DNA of 64,000 bases. Source: Octopus vulgaris (taxonomy: Eukaryota). Below the pieces are notes generated by a model, which worked only from the letters and a program-made list of their open reading frames with translations, did not search any database and was not told the origin of the DNA. The translations under genes and the position numbers were made by a program. The DNA lies in contig OX597832.1 of assembly GCA_951406725.2 (NCBI GenBank), positions 7,502,001-7,566,000 on the forward strand, given 5' to 3'. Positions 13,193 to 27,747 of the stretch are shown piece by piece (position 1 is the stretch's first letter; each line of letters begins with the position of its first letter).

Positions 13193-13642
13193 GCAAGAGG
13201 TTAAACGGTGAGAATAGAAGTTGTTTATTAGCTCCAATTTAATTTTAAGATAATTCGTGAAAAAGACCATTTGTCCTCTCCGATGTGAGTTAAACTAATG
13301 AAAAGTCAGAACGGCTGATTGAATTTACAGTTAATGGAAGCTTCTAAAATACAATTGGGGATTAACTTCTGGTAGTTTAATTCTCTTCTATTAATGTCAT
13401 CTTTTTTTATTAAATGCACATCAAATAAATTTATCGTACTTTAATAAGCTTCATCAGTAATAACTTTTTTTCCACTGGGTAACTATATTAAATCTTATGT
13501 GGGTTCCCGATAAGATACTGTTTACAACTTTAATGCCAAATGATTTGGTTTCTTTCTTACATTCTTCCATCTCTTATTATTCACGTACTGCTGGTAGTTA
13601 CTTCCATGTTTTTCTATTTCTCAATATATACATCTGTCAGGA

Positions 13643-14460
13643 GGCGGTGAGATGGCAGAAACGTTAGCACGCCGGGCGAAATGCGTAGCCGTATTTCGTT
13701 TGCCGTTACGTTCTGAGTTCGAATTCCGCCGAGGTCGACTTTGCCTTTCATCCTTTCGGGGTCGATAAATTAAGTACCAGTTGAGCACCGGGGTCGATGT
13801 AATCAACTTAATACCTTTGTCTGTCCTTCTTTGTCCCCTCTATGTTTAGCCCCTTGTAGGCAATAAAGAAATAAGAATCATTAGTATGCTGGGCGAAATG
13901 CTTAGATGTTTTTCGTCTGTCGCTACGTTCTGAGTTCAAATTCCGCCGAGGTCGACTTTGCCTTTCATCCTTTCGGTGTCGATTAAATAAGTACCAGCTA
14001 CGCACTGTGGTCGATATAATCAACTTAATCCGTTTGTCTGTCCCTTATGTGTGTAGCCCTTTGTGGGCAGTAAAGAAATAAGAATCGTTAGTGTGCCGGG
14101 CAAAATATTAGCCTAGCTTTACGTTCCACCTTTCATCCTTTCGGGGTCGATAAAATAAGTACCTGTTGAGTACTGGGATCGTTCTAATCGACTTCCCTCC
14201 TTCTCCGAAATTGCTGGCATTGTGTCAAAATTTGAAACTAATATATATTTCTGTCAGAAGGCGGCCAGCTGACAGAATCGTTAGCATTCTGGACAAAATA
14301 CCGAGCGACATTTCGTTCGTTTTTACGTTCTGAGTTCAAATTCCACCGAAGTTGGCTTTGCATTCTATCCTTGCGGGGTCGATAAACAAAGTACCAGAAG
14401 AACAATGGAGTCGATATAATCGACTTGCTCCTACACAGATTTGCTGGCCTTTTGCTAAAA
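13643..14460 (+). mobile_element. Tandem cluster of about 4 tRNA-derived Nin/Deu-domain-like SINEs (family A)
   Basis: Repeated GAGTTCAAATTCCGCCGAGGTCGACTTTGCCTTTCATCCTTTCGGGGTCGATAAATTAAGTACCAG; further copies at about 15140-15510, 16320-16440, 31780-31950 and 53630-53840. Confidence 0.85.
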
Positions 14461-14922
14461 TTTGTATTCAATACTTTTTCTCTCTTTATCTCCCAATCTC
14501 ATTTCCTTTACTTTGATTTGTAGATACCTTCTCTTTCCACTCACTCTAATAGCTTTTTTGAATATACTCTCTTATCTCTCTGTTCCTTTGAACGCTTGTT
14601 CTCCATCTCCTCGTTCTCTCATTCAATATATCTCTCCACCGATATATCACAAACATGATATTTAACTCCACCCTTTAATATACACACGCGTTTTCCTCTA
14701 TTTTAAAGTAATTTAGATTTATTTAAAAATCCTAGAAAACACAGGATTTCGAATAGTTAATCCTCTTTTGTATTCTTTAGGCTTCTGTTTGCTTAACTTA
14801 ATTTCAGTATAACTCTTCATTCGATTGACAAACATCTGAACGCGAAATAAATAGTATTTTGTTACAAATCATTTAAAACAATTTAAATTCGAATTTCTAA
14901 GAATCTATGTGTGTTTGTGTGC

Positions 14923-15071
<149 letters not shown>

Positions 15072-17520
15072 CGTGTGTGTGTGTTCAATATATCTTTGTT
15101 TGGAAGAACTGTTTAAAAGATAGCCCAGAATAATCTTTTATACTATAGGCAAAAGGCCTGAAATTTGAGGGAAAGGGTCTCGTCGTTTAAATCGACCCCA
15201 GTGGTTCACCGGTACTCAGTTTATCGACTCCAAAAGGATAGAAGGCGAAGTCGCCCTAAGCGGAATAAGATAGCCCAGAACAATGTGTGTTCTGCAATGT
15301 CGTCTTCAAGTATCCCGAATATCGCAGAAAATCCAAGGTGAAATTATTAGCCTCGAAGTAATCTTAGCAGCATTTCGTCTGTCTAGTTCTGAGTTCAAAT
15401 TTCGTCGACTTTGTTTTTCATCCTTTCGGAGTCGATAGAATAAGTATCAATCAATCGATTCCCACTCCACTTCCAAAATTGCTGGCCTTGTGCCGAAATT
15501 TGAAACCATAAATCGCGGAGCAGTTATTTTGACTTCATTCAACTTCCACCAGCATTGCAAAACTTGCCAAATTGAGGGCAGTGCTGCGGCAACGTTATTT
15601 GCAGCTACAGTAATTAATAAATTTACATTATTATTATTATTGTTTTTTTTTACTTGTTTCAGTCATTTGACTGCGGCTATGCTGGGGCACTACGTTCAAA
15701 GTTTTTTAGTCGAATGAATAGACCCCAAGACTTATTTATTTTAAAAGCCTACTCGATTGGACTCTTCTGCTGAAGCATTAAGTTACGAGGACGGAAACAC
15801 ACTGCAGCAAGTTGTCAAACACAAAGACACACACACATACACACACACGAAGGGATTTTTCCAGTTTCCGTCTACCAAATCCTCTCCCAAAGCAGTGGAG
15901 GGACTACAAGCACAAACACCTTCACACAAACACACACACACACACATACACACACACCAGCTCGCAGACACATGTATACACGACGGGCTTCAACGCAGTT
16001 TCCATTGATCAAATTTGCTCCCTATGTATTGGTCGGGCCAGGGCTATAATTGAAACTTTGTCCAAGGTGCTGACTAGTGCGACTGAACCCAGAACGAAAT
16101 GGTTGCGGAGTGAGCTCCTTAATCACACAGACATACCTGCGAGAAATTACCAAAGGAGACGAAGACTTATACAATGAAATTATTTTATTGGATCTTGTCG
16201 CATTATCAGTCGTGTTTTCTGCTCATTGTTGATATAATGTCCAGCTCAGATTTTAAGCTCGACAAAATGTGCTTGAAAATGCTTTGTTTTCAAAAAAATA
16301 TTTTAAATATTTTATTTCTAAGAGGTCGACTTTGCCTTTCATCCTTTCGGGGTCGTAATAAATACCAGTTGAACACAGGTCGATGTAATATAATAACGCC
16401 TCTTCCCAAAATCGCTGGCCTTGGGCCAACATTTGAAATCGATATATTATTTCTAAGAAAAATCGTGACACCGCTAAGCATCCAGCTTTCTTCTAGCATC
16501 CCCTTGATATTTGCTGCCATCCAAATCGGACCTATAACTACGCAAATCCTGGTATGCATCGGCAGAGCTAAACGAGAGACAAGGAAGAAATTTATTTTAA
16601 AATAGTTAATCGGTTAAATATATTAACTGTTCTTTGTGAGATGCTTGTTTTAGTATCTACCTATCTTTTAGTGAGCATCTCGAAGAAGACTACAAGAAAA
16701 CTCAAAACTAGCCGGGCAGAACCAGCAAATTTTCATACTCCATTAACGTAGTGTATTGTAGTTTCAACTACTGAATAACTCAACGGATTTGTCTTCAAAA
16801 ACATTTTCTTCATGCACGATATGAAATGGAAGAATCAAATGGAATTTCCTTAGTTTCTGTTTCTACAGAACACTTATGTTATGTGTTTGTTTTGAACATA
16901 TTTTCAGAGTCTAATACTATTCCTTTTAATTCTATCTGCGGATGATACATTCACTTTTTAGACTTATGTCGAAATGAGAAACTTGCCATTGAGTGGGCAG
17001 TATATTGTTACAGAAATATCATTTAAATGGTAGAACTGACATATTCTAAGGTGTGCAGTTAATTTCATTGCCTTATTTTTTCAGACTGCTGATGTTTTCT
17101 TTATAAGATTATAGATAACATTTCCATTGTGTTTGTTGAACAAGTTGAAATAGGCTTAATTGAAGGCGAAATGTGTTTTGATCGATGTTAGGAAATTTCT
17201 AGATTGGTCGTTACAATCATAGTAAAACACAGAGAGCGAATCTTGATTTTTCTTCTGGTTTTATTATTCAATAGATTTAATTCTTGTATTTATAGCAGTT
17301 TCTCTTGAAATTCGCTCCTGCTTAGTTCATTATAGAATTAAATATTCTCCTTTTTGAATAATATATACATTTGATATTTTTCGGCTAAGATTGCTAACAA
17401 AACATCACATTCACATACATCCCCACATATTACACATATACGTTCATATTCATAAGTGCCTAAATAAAATTTCTATAAGCGTTTATATATATATGTGTGT
17501 GTGTGTGTCTGTGAATATAA

Positions 17521-17569
<49 letters not shown>

Positions 17570-17769
17570 TATACGTATGTATGTACATACAAATGTACAT
17601 TCATGCATGGATACTAACTTCTATACACACTTACATACATAGGTAAACTTGTGAATCAAATGTTAAGGAAATTAGAATCTCTAGAAGATTTAAAAGATCT
17701 ATGCCCCTTCACAATCGATTTTATATTTGTATCTTTTGTACCCTTCGAACGTTTGTTCCTTCTGCATCA

Positions 17770-18780
17770 GACAAAACGTTCGCTATCAAATACAACGTAC
17801 GCTGGTGTATTCAACTCAGTAATAAAGACTTCTACTTTCCCGGGTTCAGTTATCTCCCCTATTCCTTCAAAACTATTTCTTTCCGCTAATGATTTCCGAA
17901 CTTCATAACCACCAATAACTCTTTGACTATCTCTCTTCCCGCATCAAGAACATCTCTTTTACTTTACTCCTGTCTAAAGTTAAAGTCCTCGTTACTTTCA
18001 GCATTTACAACTCTTCATGGCTCGCGCACTGTACCTACACTGGTGCCAAGGTTGCAGTAATTGAATCTCCTGCAATCCACAATTACCTACATACAGAAAT
18101 TTCATCCCCTAATCGACTCACAGAGGCCTAAAATACTCTTTCTCATTTCCAAGTCCAACATCCATTAAAACTTCAGTTTTTGCATTACCTTATCATGATT
18201 ACCAGCCATACACCCTTACACCCGTATGCTATGTAATACTGCTATCTCCCACATCCTATGGTATGTCAAGTGCAACTGGGTCTGAGCCGACCACCACGGC
18301 TAGTTGGATGACCAAACCACATCTCACCTGCATGTAAAACTCTGAGTATCCATGAGTAGTTCCATCATAAGTGTGCTGCGGCAGCAAAAGCTGAAAACAC
18401 AACCCACAACTTTTGGAGAAAATCTCCCATATCTTTAAACTAGGAAGCTTTTACCCAGAACTGTGACCCCTTTACTGATTATAATCAAATTACTCATATA
18501 CCCCAGCCTCTGACTCACAGACGTACTGTCTCCGCTCGTTGAATTTTCTACCGCCTCTACAATACCTGTGCTCCTTAGACCTATAGCTTCTCATGTTTCC
18601 CGCCTGTTCGGGCTTTCTCGATACACTTGCCTTCCTTCCTCTTATTACTCATATTGTGTCCACCTTAGGACCATTACTAACATCAAAATCATCCATTCTT
18701 CCCAATATATAAGTTCTCTGTTAATTCCTACTCCGCACATATATTCCCTTCAGCTGTTGTTTCATATCTGTACACGAGTA
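17770..18780 (+). mobile_element. Highly decayed non-LTR retrotransposon RT C-terminal region
   Basis: PQPLTHRRTVSAR*IFYRLYN at ~18500-18565 resembles the L-HRR-VA-L-FYR motif of LINE ORF2 C-termini. Confidence 0.55.
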
Positions 18781-21208
18781 ATATTAACCAAGCAAATCTC
18801 AGCAGTCTGTGAGCGTATGTGAACAGAATGGACACAACCCCTTCTTATAGATCAAACCAATAAAAATACTGCCATACATATATATAAAACCATTTCATTT
18901 TTTTCATAGAATGATCATAAATCCAAGATTTCCGTTATTTTCCTAAAATTCTCTTTAACAACAATATGAACATTCACATAATATGTAGATTAGTGTTGTA
19001 GTTGTCAGTGTTTTTGGTGATATATTGCTTGTGAATATAAGAAATTCTCTGATAAATATTTTTACCAAGAAATTATATTCTCCTTTGCATCGAGAATTAT
19101 TCTTCATATCGCGTTATTTTCCAACCTGTTTTTTTCTTTTATAAATTTGGATTTTTTCCACAAATTCTTCATGGAAAATATTTATTTTATTTTTTCCTTC
19201 GATAATTGCATTTCTTATGCCAACCACATAATATCATATATTGTGATTGATGTCTATTTTCTCACTAGATATGCTGCAGAGGAAATTCACTTGCGCAATA
19301 GTTCATTATATAGAAATACGATACACTTTCAAGCCAGGAATTTTATGATTTTTTTTTCCTTGTATTTTTTTTTCAATTACACCCGGCTTTCTAATTCACC
19401 GATCAAATCCCTCAAAACATCCGGAACATCTGCATCGATATTAACTCGGTGTCTCTATACTAAACAATAAGACGATGTGCTAAACAATTTCCCAGACAGC
19501 TTTTCACACAAAACATAAATTAATATCAATCTTTTGTTATTTTCAAATAAACGAGGAAGTCTCTACCACTTTATATAGAAAACCTCAAGCGGTTGCTCGA
19601 CATGCTTCAAATAGCAGCCAAGTCACTCTCAAAGCACAAATTACAGTCTTTTACGAGGAAGGGTCAGATTTATTTAAAAAGAAGCTGATAATTGAGTCAC
19701 TATTTAGTCGTTTGGTCTGCTAGAAAAAGCAACATAATTGCCTTGAAAACACACTTTCATCTTTCAAAAAATAAGTAACACATTGGAGAATAATTATAAA
19801 TGAAAAAAATGGGATGGTCATGGCCGGAATATATTTATATTCAATACGAATTGTGCTGGTGTTAAACAAAAGAAAAACAACATCCGCAAGTCAACGAGAC
19901 TGTCACTATGTGACTTTTAGTCATGCTAGAAATAGCAGCTATATCTTTGATAATAATAAATATCTCAGTAAAGACATAGAATACTTTTGAACGTGGGCCT
20001 GTTGAGTCAACCCACGATTAAAGGCATTTCAGACGTAATTATCTTTGTCCAATGTAGCTTTCCATTCTAGTTTTTAAGAAGGCAATGTGTGATTTGAGAG
20101 AGATTTGGCAACTCTTTTTGCAAATGGATCCACCACTTAGAGGTTCTCTCGTTAGATTTGAATCTAACGTTTTCCCGAAGCATTTTCGAAGACATGCCAC
20201 CGAGGAAGACTGTACAGGAGTAATTCAACCTGCTAGAAATATCAGCCGAAACACTAATGTCACTTACTACACGTCTAAGAAAAGGAAAGATAATGAAATC
20301 CTGGAAAATTTGTCTGAAAACAAAATACAGGATGGTCACAGAATGAATTTGATCACGAGTCTCCCCGACCGCTGGCGACGTTGGATACGATAAAAATAAC
20401 AAAAAGCTAAATTAACGACCGCAAACAACGTTATCTATCAGAAGAGTAACCCGAGCACAGGACATAAAAATGCAACGAATAGATGATTGACCGTTGTTGG
20501 TATACACAACCAACGAAAACAATACAAGCTAAAAGAACTTCGTGTCTTTAACAGACACGTGAAGGCAGGCTGAATGTATATACAAATGGTATGAAGCCTC
20601 AGTTGTTTATGTCCTGTATATATAAATTACCTCAAGTACACTGCTGGACATATCACGCAATGGAAAAAAACAAACTATTACATATAAAACAAATTCTTAT
20701 TTGGGAAATTTGCTTGAAATTCGATTTCGAAATATGTGCTAAGGCAACGTTAAAGAGAAGAAAACTAACACAAGCCATTAATATTCTGGTAAATACAGAA
20801 GCAGGAATACAAAATGAATGAATGCAGTGTGTATATGTGTGTGTGGGGGATATGGAGAGAGGGAGACAAAACTCACAAATTTTACAGATGTTTTATAGAA
20901 AACAGAGATTTCTTAAATTAAAGCCTAAAATATTTTTGTTCGATTATATGATGTAGTTATAAATATTTTCAACTCTCAATAGAAAACTAAATGAATTGGT
21001 AAAGCATGACAGGAAATAGAAAAACGAAAGATTGTCTTTAGAATACACAACCTACAAGCTAACTCAGACAAAATATCTACGAAGCTCATAGGGAACTAGG
21101 AGTCTTCTTTAATGTAAAAATTATTGTAAAAGATCTCCTGGAGGATGATAAATATATGAAGTAACGAAATGAGATAAACTAGTACAAAAATACAAAACAT
21201 GGACAAAA

Positions 21209-21600
21209 TCTCTCTATATATAACACTGAATTTGTCTGTGTATGGCAGGTTTGGTAACCTTCGACTAACACTATCTCCTCTGAGACCCTGCGGCGTAAGT
21301 TGACCAAAATGGAAAGAATGATAGAAGAAGGCTTGCTCTTTCTTTCGTAGAAGAAATCATTCAAATCGAACCATGTTAGCACCAAAAATTATTTACATAA
21401 AAAAGGTGCTTTTTTTCTATGAAAATCCCCATTTTTTACGATTTTTTTACAGCTGTGTCGCCATTTTTGTGTGTATTTCAACCAGAAAAATGTTCACTTA
21501 AAGAAAATAACAAGCTACATAATGCAAAATGTTTACTTTTCGAAAATTCCAATTCTAAAGGGTCGAAACAAACCCGAACAATGCCGGGCGATACTGCTAG
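21209..21600 (+). mobile_element. Non-autonomous Helitron-like element
   Basis: A|TCTCTCTATATATAA 5' end; 3' hairpin CCCG(aacaatgc)CGGG then CTAG|T; no TSD. Confidence 0.75.
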
Positions 21601-21749
21601 TATATATAAAAAGCTTTGTTTACGATAACGGCGACACTAGTAGCAGAGCTAGCAATAGCTGCAACAGCAGGAAAAGAGGTAGCAGCAATAGTAACATCGC
21701 CAACAGCTACAATTGCAAAGTATCCTTCACGGGAGTAATTTCTACAAGG

Positions 21750-22455
21750 AAATTATACCGTTTGTCCCTTGAAGATAAGCAGACGAAATTATTGGGCGCC
21801 ATTAGTGTTAGGAAAATTGATGGAAGAGGAGCAGAGATGCGCCCTTCCTGAAGCTTCAGCTGCAGCTGCTGAAAAGACTGGCATATTTCTCTGCTTGAGA
21901 TTTACACTCGTCATCAGGGTCGGTCGCGAATGCTCAGAAAGAGGGTACACTCCACGATGTATGGCAGGGCATTAAGCATGTCTAGAACAAAGAAGTTCGG
22001 CGGATCGATCTTGTATTTAATACCATAATCCTCGTAGTACGGCATTCAATGGTCATTAGACAGTGACGACTTCGCTCTCTTCCCCACTTATTTGGGAAAA
22101 CTGCGGTGAAGGTAACAACACCGAGGTTTCCCACAGGAGATCTTTCTCTGATTGGACGTTCTGTATGCAAAGTGTTAGAAGGGAGGAAAAATATTACTGG
22201 ATGTGAAAAGAACAAAGCAGGAGAACTGTTTGGGATCAAACTGGAAGCCCTTCTCCAAGTAAAGCTTGAGCATCTGGAAAATATCTAAAACCTCCTTTCT
22301 CTGTCGAATAAGCGGAACTAAGAATAATTGTGGAAGAAAGACGATCGCGGTGCCACGTCCGGGAAACAATTGACCATCTCAGAACGTTCTGCCTACACAA
22401 CCGAAGTAGAAAATGAAAGGAGGGTCACACTACTGCTGACACAACTGCTGCAACA

Positions 22456-22492
<37 letters not shown>

Positions 22493-23575
22493 TAGCAGTA
22501 ACAACAACAACAACATTGTACAACAACCGAAGTAGTCGCAACAGCTGTAATAAGAAAAAAAGAAAGAACTAAAATAACAGCATCTGCGTCAACATCAACA
22601 ATAGCAACAACAACATCAACTACAACAACACCTTTATCCGTAGCAAAAGAAAATGTGGAAATAGCAACAACTAAAGCACTAACAACATCGACATCAAACA
22701 TTTTAGCAGTAGCAACGGTAAAAAGATAATTCCTATCCAGAGGTTATCTCAAACCTGCACGCTTTCTTCGCTTGATCGTATTCCCCACCCTCCTACATGC
22801 ACTAACCTGGAAGTAGACACAATACGCCTCTCCACAGTCCGAGTTGGCGCCATCCGACAATGCTACTGAGGATGAGGAAGAAGAAGGGCAAGAAGATTAA
22901 AAATCTGATAAAAATCAAAAAGGAAAGAAACGCAACACAAAACAACACCGACTCAACATCAACTCGAAACAATGCTCGATTCACAAGAACAACAGATACA
23001 CCATCACTACCACCACCTTCACAAACAGTAAGAAAAAGAAAACCTGCATACGAAACAGCAACAACAACTAGAACAAAAACGACAAATTGCTGTCACATCC
23101 AGCTTTGTTCTGGCAAAGAACTGTAATCTTTTATTAGCGCAAAGTGGAGGCAAAGAGACAGGCTTTCAATAAAGGCAGAGCAAGTCCCAGGTAACTTGAT
23201 ATTGGTAAGGATTGCAATAGAAAAACACAAGGAATAGAAAAATATAAGGAAGTGAGTGTGAGAGGCTCCTAAGATAACGTTGGAAATGCCAGCGTTACGA
23301 ATTAAACAGGCTTATTCAGGATTTCTGCAGGAGTCTCACACAAAAAAGGGATTCTGGTACACTCGAATACCTGCAAGAAAATCCATTAAAATTCGTAACC
23401 GTTTATTCCTCTCTTCTTTCCTACCAACATGGCAGATTTTGGTGTAGGTTGCATAAATGTATGAAGTTTGGGGTAACTCTGGAAGCAAGGCCGCCTGCTC
23501 ACTGATCTCAGATCACGAGCTATGTATGTGAAAGCAATCAGTGAGACCAGGATTTCCAACACGTACTGTGGTACG
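21750..23575 (+). mobile_element. Decayed 5' part of an L1/Tx1-like LINE (ORF1 remnant and start of ORF2 endonuclease)
   Basis: From 23429: MADFGVGCINV*SLG*LWKQGRLLTDLRSRAMYVKAISETR, an APE-endonuclease N-terminus pattern (NVRGL...ET); upstream GC-richer broken ORFs. Confidence 0.6.
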
Positions 23576-25150
23576 ACCGGTCAAGTATTGAGGTCGAAAT
23601 AACCGACTGTTTCCGAGCCGATCTCAAATAATTGTGTGAGTTAGTGTTAATATATAAATTCAGCATTAGTAGAAAGAATGAAGAAGAACAGAAATAGCTG
23701 TAGAAGTATTAGGAATGGATAAGAGTCGTGGGAAGCAGAATTGGTAGAGTTCCAGACAGAACATCGTGTAGCATATGGTTACGCTTTTGTTCATCTTGAA
23801 CGTGGTCGACTTTGCCTTTCAACCAGTCATATACTGGGGTCAATTTTATTGAGCAAATTAATTTATTACGCTAATCTTGCTATTATTCCACGCGTCTTAA
23901 ATTAACGGAGAACAGCACTTCCCTTTAATCTTTATCTTTCTTCTTCACATGGACTTGGAGGAGTTGGTGAGGGCTTGATCTGAGAAGGAACGCTTTTTCA
24001 TTAAACCTTTCAGCTGCTACATCATACAGCATCTTTAAGCATAGCGACCATACAGAAGAAGGCATATCCTTTGTAGTCAAAGGAAATCGATGACTTCATA
24101 TTTTTCGATTATCTCGACAGAAACCCTAATCTATCTCGATCTTGAGAACAGTTGGTCACCATAAACATAGCAACCAGTTATGCGTGGACACTGAACGAGT
24201 TGATAGTTCGTCGTCCTCCACCACACCTTTCACATGTTAGTTTACTGGCGGTTCCAATACAGACAAGACTGTAGAATTCATCCCGAATAGGCAAATGATC
24301 CCTCCACTAGTAGTAGCAGATCGAAGGTATTTGGGAATTTGACCCTGATGTCTTACCTGAGAGTCCTCCAGGCTGTTCTAATCGATGCTCAGAATCGATT
24401 CCTGTTCATAGTCATTTATAACGTCTCAACCATTTCTATAGAATGTAAAAGATTGACTTCACTCCCGGCTTCAATAAAAATCTTATTTTATAAAAAATAT
24501 ATTACTATATTTGATATTTTATATAAAAATTGCATTTTCCATAATATATATTTATTTACATAAATACAAAATTTACATTTTATAGATACACTTAACATTT
24601 TTTTCTGTGTTGTATTTGTTAAATAATAAACCAGTTATAGACAGTAATAATAGTATTAGGTAATATAATAGGCCATAAAACAAGATTGTTTTGTCTTTTT
24701 AGAAATTTCAGTTTTGCTGACAAGGGCGTTTTAGAAAATTTAAGCCAAAAAATAAAAATAATAAAAACAGAAAGCAAATAAGCAAACAAATAAAAAGCAG
24801 AAAAACAATCAATAAATAAATGAAAATAATTTGAGAAGTATGTTTGGTAAATGGATTTATAATATGATTTTAATGTCCATACACTTTAATGTCCATATAT
24901 GAACCGACATAGGTATTTACAAGTTCATGTCACTATTTTATTTCACTTCGCTTGACTAAGAATCAGTGATGCAAATAAGCATTATGTTATGAGGTGTAGT
25001 ATGAGGTGGAGCATCTGAATCGAGTGAGCACCACACACACACACATGTACACACACACACACGTACACACACAGACAGACACACACATTTATGCATACAC
25101 AGACAGACACACACATTTATGCATATACATGTATATGTATGTTATATGTA

Positions 25151-26000
25151 TGTACAAGGTGTTCGGACTAAATTTAACAACTTTTTTTCATGTCATCTTT
25201 TTACAAGAACAGCTTGATGTATCGGTGAATAATCAACAGCGTTGGAGAGTATAAAGATTAAAGTTGTAATTGCGAAAAAGTTAGTTGACATGGAGGACTG
25301 GAAGCCAGCTGAATATTGGAAAAAGTGCTACATGTATCATGACGATTCGTGTCGGGTAACAAAATGCTAACATCATGACTGCTGTTTAATGCTCTGTGAA
25401 AACTGTAGAGGATGTAAGACGTGACATGGACAGCTGCAACGAGACTACGAAGCCATGTTCAACAGAAAGAGACACAACAGGCATTCTGATAGCATCCGTG
25501 TTCGAGCATTCATCTATCTTCTTTAAACAGGGTTTTAGGTTAAATTCAAACGACTAAGTGAAGCTGGTACAGGCTGTGTTAAAACACTGGCTGGTAGAGA
25601 TTACTGTTGGAAGACGACATGTGTGGAGCAGAATTCGGCTCCTTGCCATACTTCTAGAAAGAGTCAGAAGTGACTGTAGGAACACTTTTACGACTTCAAC
25701 CCCAATTTCAGGTTTCTTTATTTTTACGATTGTAATCTCATGGATTATTATGTATGGGGCACAGCAGACAAAAACACCAATCGCTCTGCCTGAAACACCA
25801 AGGCTGAAATGCTGGTCAGGGTTATGGAGGTGTTAACAGATCTTCCCATGTATACACTAAAGAATACATGTGCCAGGTCCCGGAAACTGAGGACAGCTAC
25901 TTTGAGTGACCTGTTATATCCTAGTAAATCTAGTTGATATCTTTTTAATTTTTAAAATATTCTAATTTTTGAACGGGGTACTGTTTTGTCGTGTTTAGGG
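25151..26000 (+). mobile_element. Decayed Tc1/mariner-family transposon
   Basis: TA-CAAGGTG start; QNSAPCHTSRKSQ and DCNLMDYYVWG motifs at ~25630-25760. Confidence 0.7.
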
Positions 26001-26237
26001 TTAGTCATTAACGCCAATACCGATGACATACGTCCATGATCAATTCCAAGTAACAAGGTCTCAGACAGACAAACGCAGCCTCTGTAACAGACTAGGAGGG
26101 ATGTTTATAGCACAATGACTCTCCTTCGACACTAGTAAATTTGTTTCAACACCTAAACTGACATAAAGAACTTGCAAACCAAATACAAAACGAAATATTG
26201 TTTTAATTTTTTTAATGGAAACTGTTAAATTATCTGT

Positions 26238-26472
<235 letters not shown>

Positions 26473-27686
26473 ATACATACACACATAACTGGCATGAAAA
26501 CGAGTTAAGGGAAATAACACAGTGTGGTCACTAGTCTGTGTTTGAATAACAAAAATAAAGTGGCATTAAATAATCCAAAAGATAAATTCTTCATTTATTG
26601 AGAGGGTAAACCAACTTTTGGTGACCACTTGTGCTAAGTCCAAATGGAAAATCTTAAGAATTGTCTGATTGCCGAAAGACAAGAGCACAATTCAAGGCAC
26701 GTATTTCTGCATTATCAGGCGTCTGGATCACAGCAATTGCCTAACATTACACTCAACAGACGAGACACCGACGTGCGCACGCGCACACACACAAGCACAC
26801 ATTGTGCGGTGAATAAATTGTCATCTAAATTTCGCAAAAATGAAGATAGCACTGACTTCTCATTTAATAGATATATTTACCAAAATAACATATTAATATA
26901 TTGAAATACTAAAGAGTAAATTTATTCAATAAATGTTCGTATTGGAGCTTCCGGCGCGAACGCAGAGCAGTACAGCATGTCGTTTCCAAATTCCTGGCAG
27001 AGTGAATTGCGTCATGTTGTTGGTTTTTCTCACAGACGGTGCCCAACTGACCTTACTATACTGTGTAGTCGACAAAATAAAAAAACAAACAATATGCTTG
27101 CACGAAATAAAAAATATAAGGTGACGACAATTTATCCATCGCATCCTGTATATATTGCACTATGCGTGTGTTAATTTTGCAGGGAAAACTATATTACCAT
27201 CTCTAAATAGAACAATATCTGTTCCAACACACGATTCCACATCAAGAATCTTGCGAAGCAAATTAAAAAACGTGCCTCTCTCTCTCTCTCTCCCTCTCTC
27301 TCTGTATATATATATATATATATATATACATATGTGCATGTGTATGTATCTCTCTCTCTCTCTCTCACTCCTCCTCATCTCTCTTACAGCCGGGTCTACG
27401 AACTTCCTTTCGCCGGCGGCCTTATTCAAGTAAACATGTTTCTTCCTGCGCTCGTCAAAAAAACATTTTTCCTCGTCTAGGCTTATAGGCCCTCTTTATT
27501 TGTTTTCCTGTCCTGTTTCTATTCCTTCTTGTACTGTATTTCTTGTAATTGTATTTTTATTTTGTATTTGTTTTTAATTGTATTGTTTTTACGTCCTGTT
27601 TTTGTCACATTTTTTCCCCTTGTTTTTACCCCTCTGCAAAGGAATTTTATTTAATTTTTTTCGCAGGAAGGACTAGTTCGACGAGA

Positions 27687-27747
27687 CGTGTTCTGTCATC
27701 ACCTTCGAAACACGCTGGAGTTGAACTAGGGACGGCTGATGAAGGGG
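27687..27747 (+). ncRNA. Candidate hammerhead ribozyme with non-canonical strand order
   Basis: CGTGT-T^CTGTC...CTTC-GAAACACG...GACGG-CTGATGA-A-GGGG; stems I and III pair in exact HHR register, stem II is weak (2 GC + 2 GU). Confidence 0.45.

Noticed and set aside
19480-20340. Recurrent CTGCTAGAAATAGCAGC motif as a regulatory array
   Set aside because: Also found near 57170 and 58575; appears to be an old dispersed repeat too decayed to classify.
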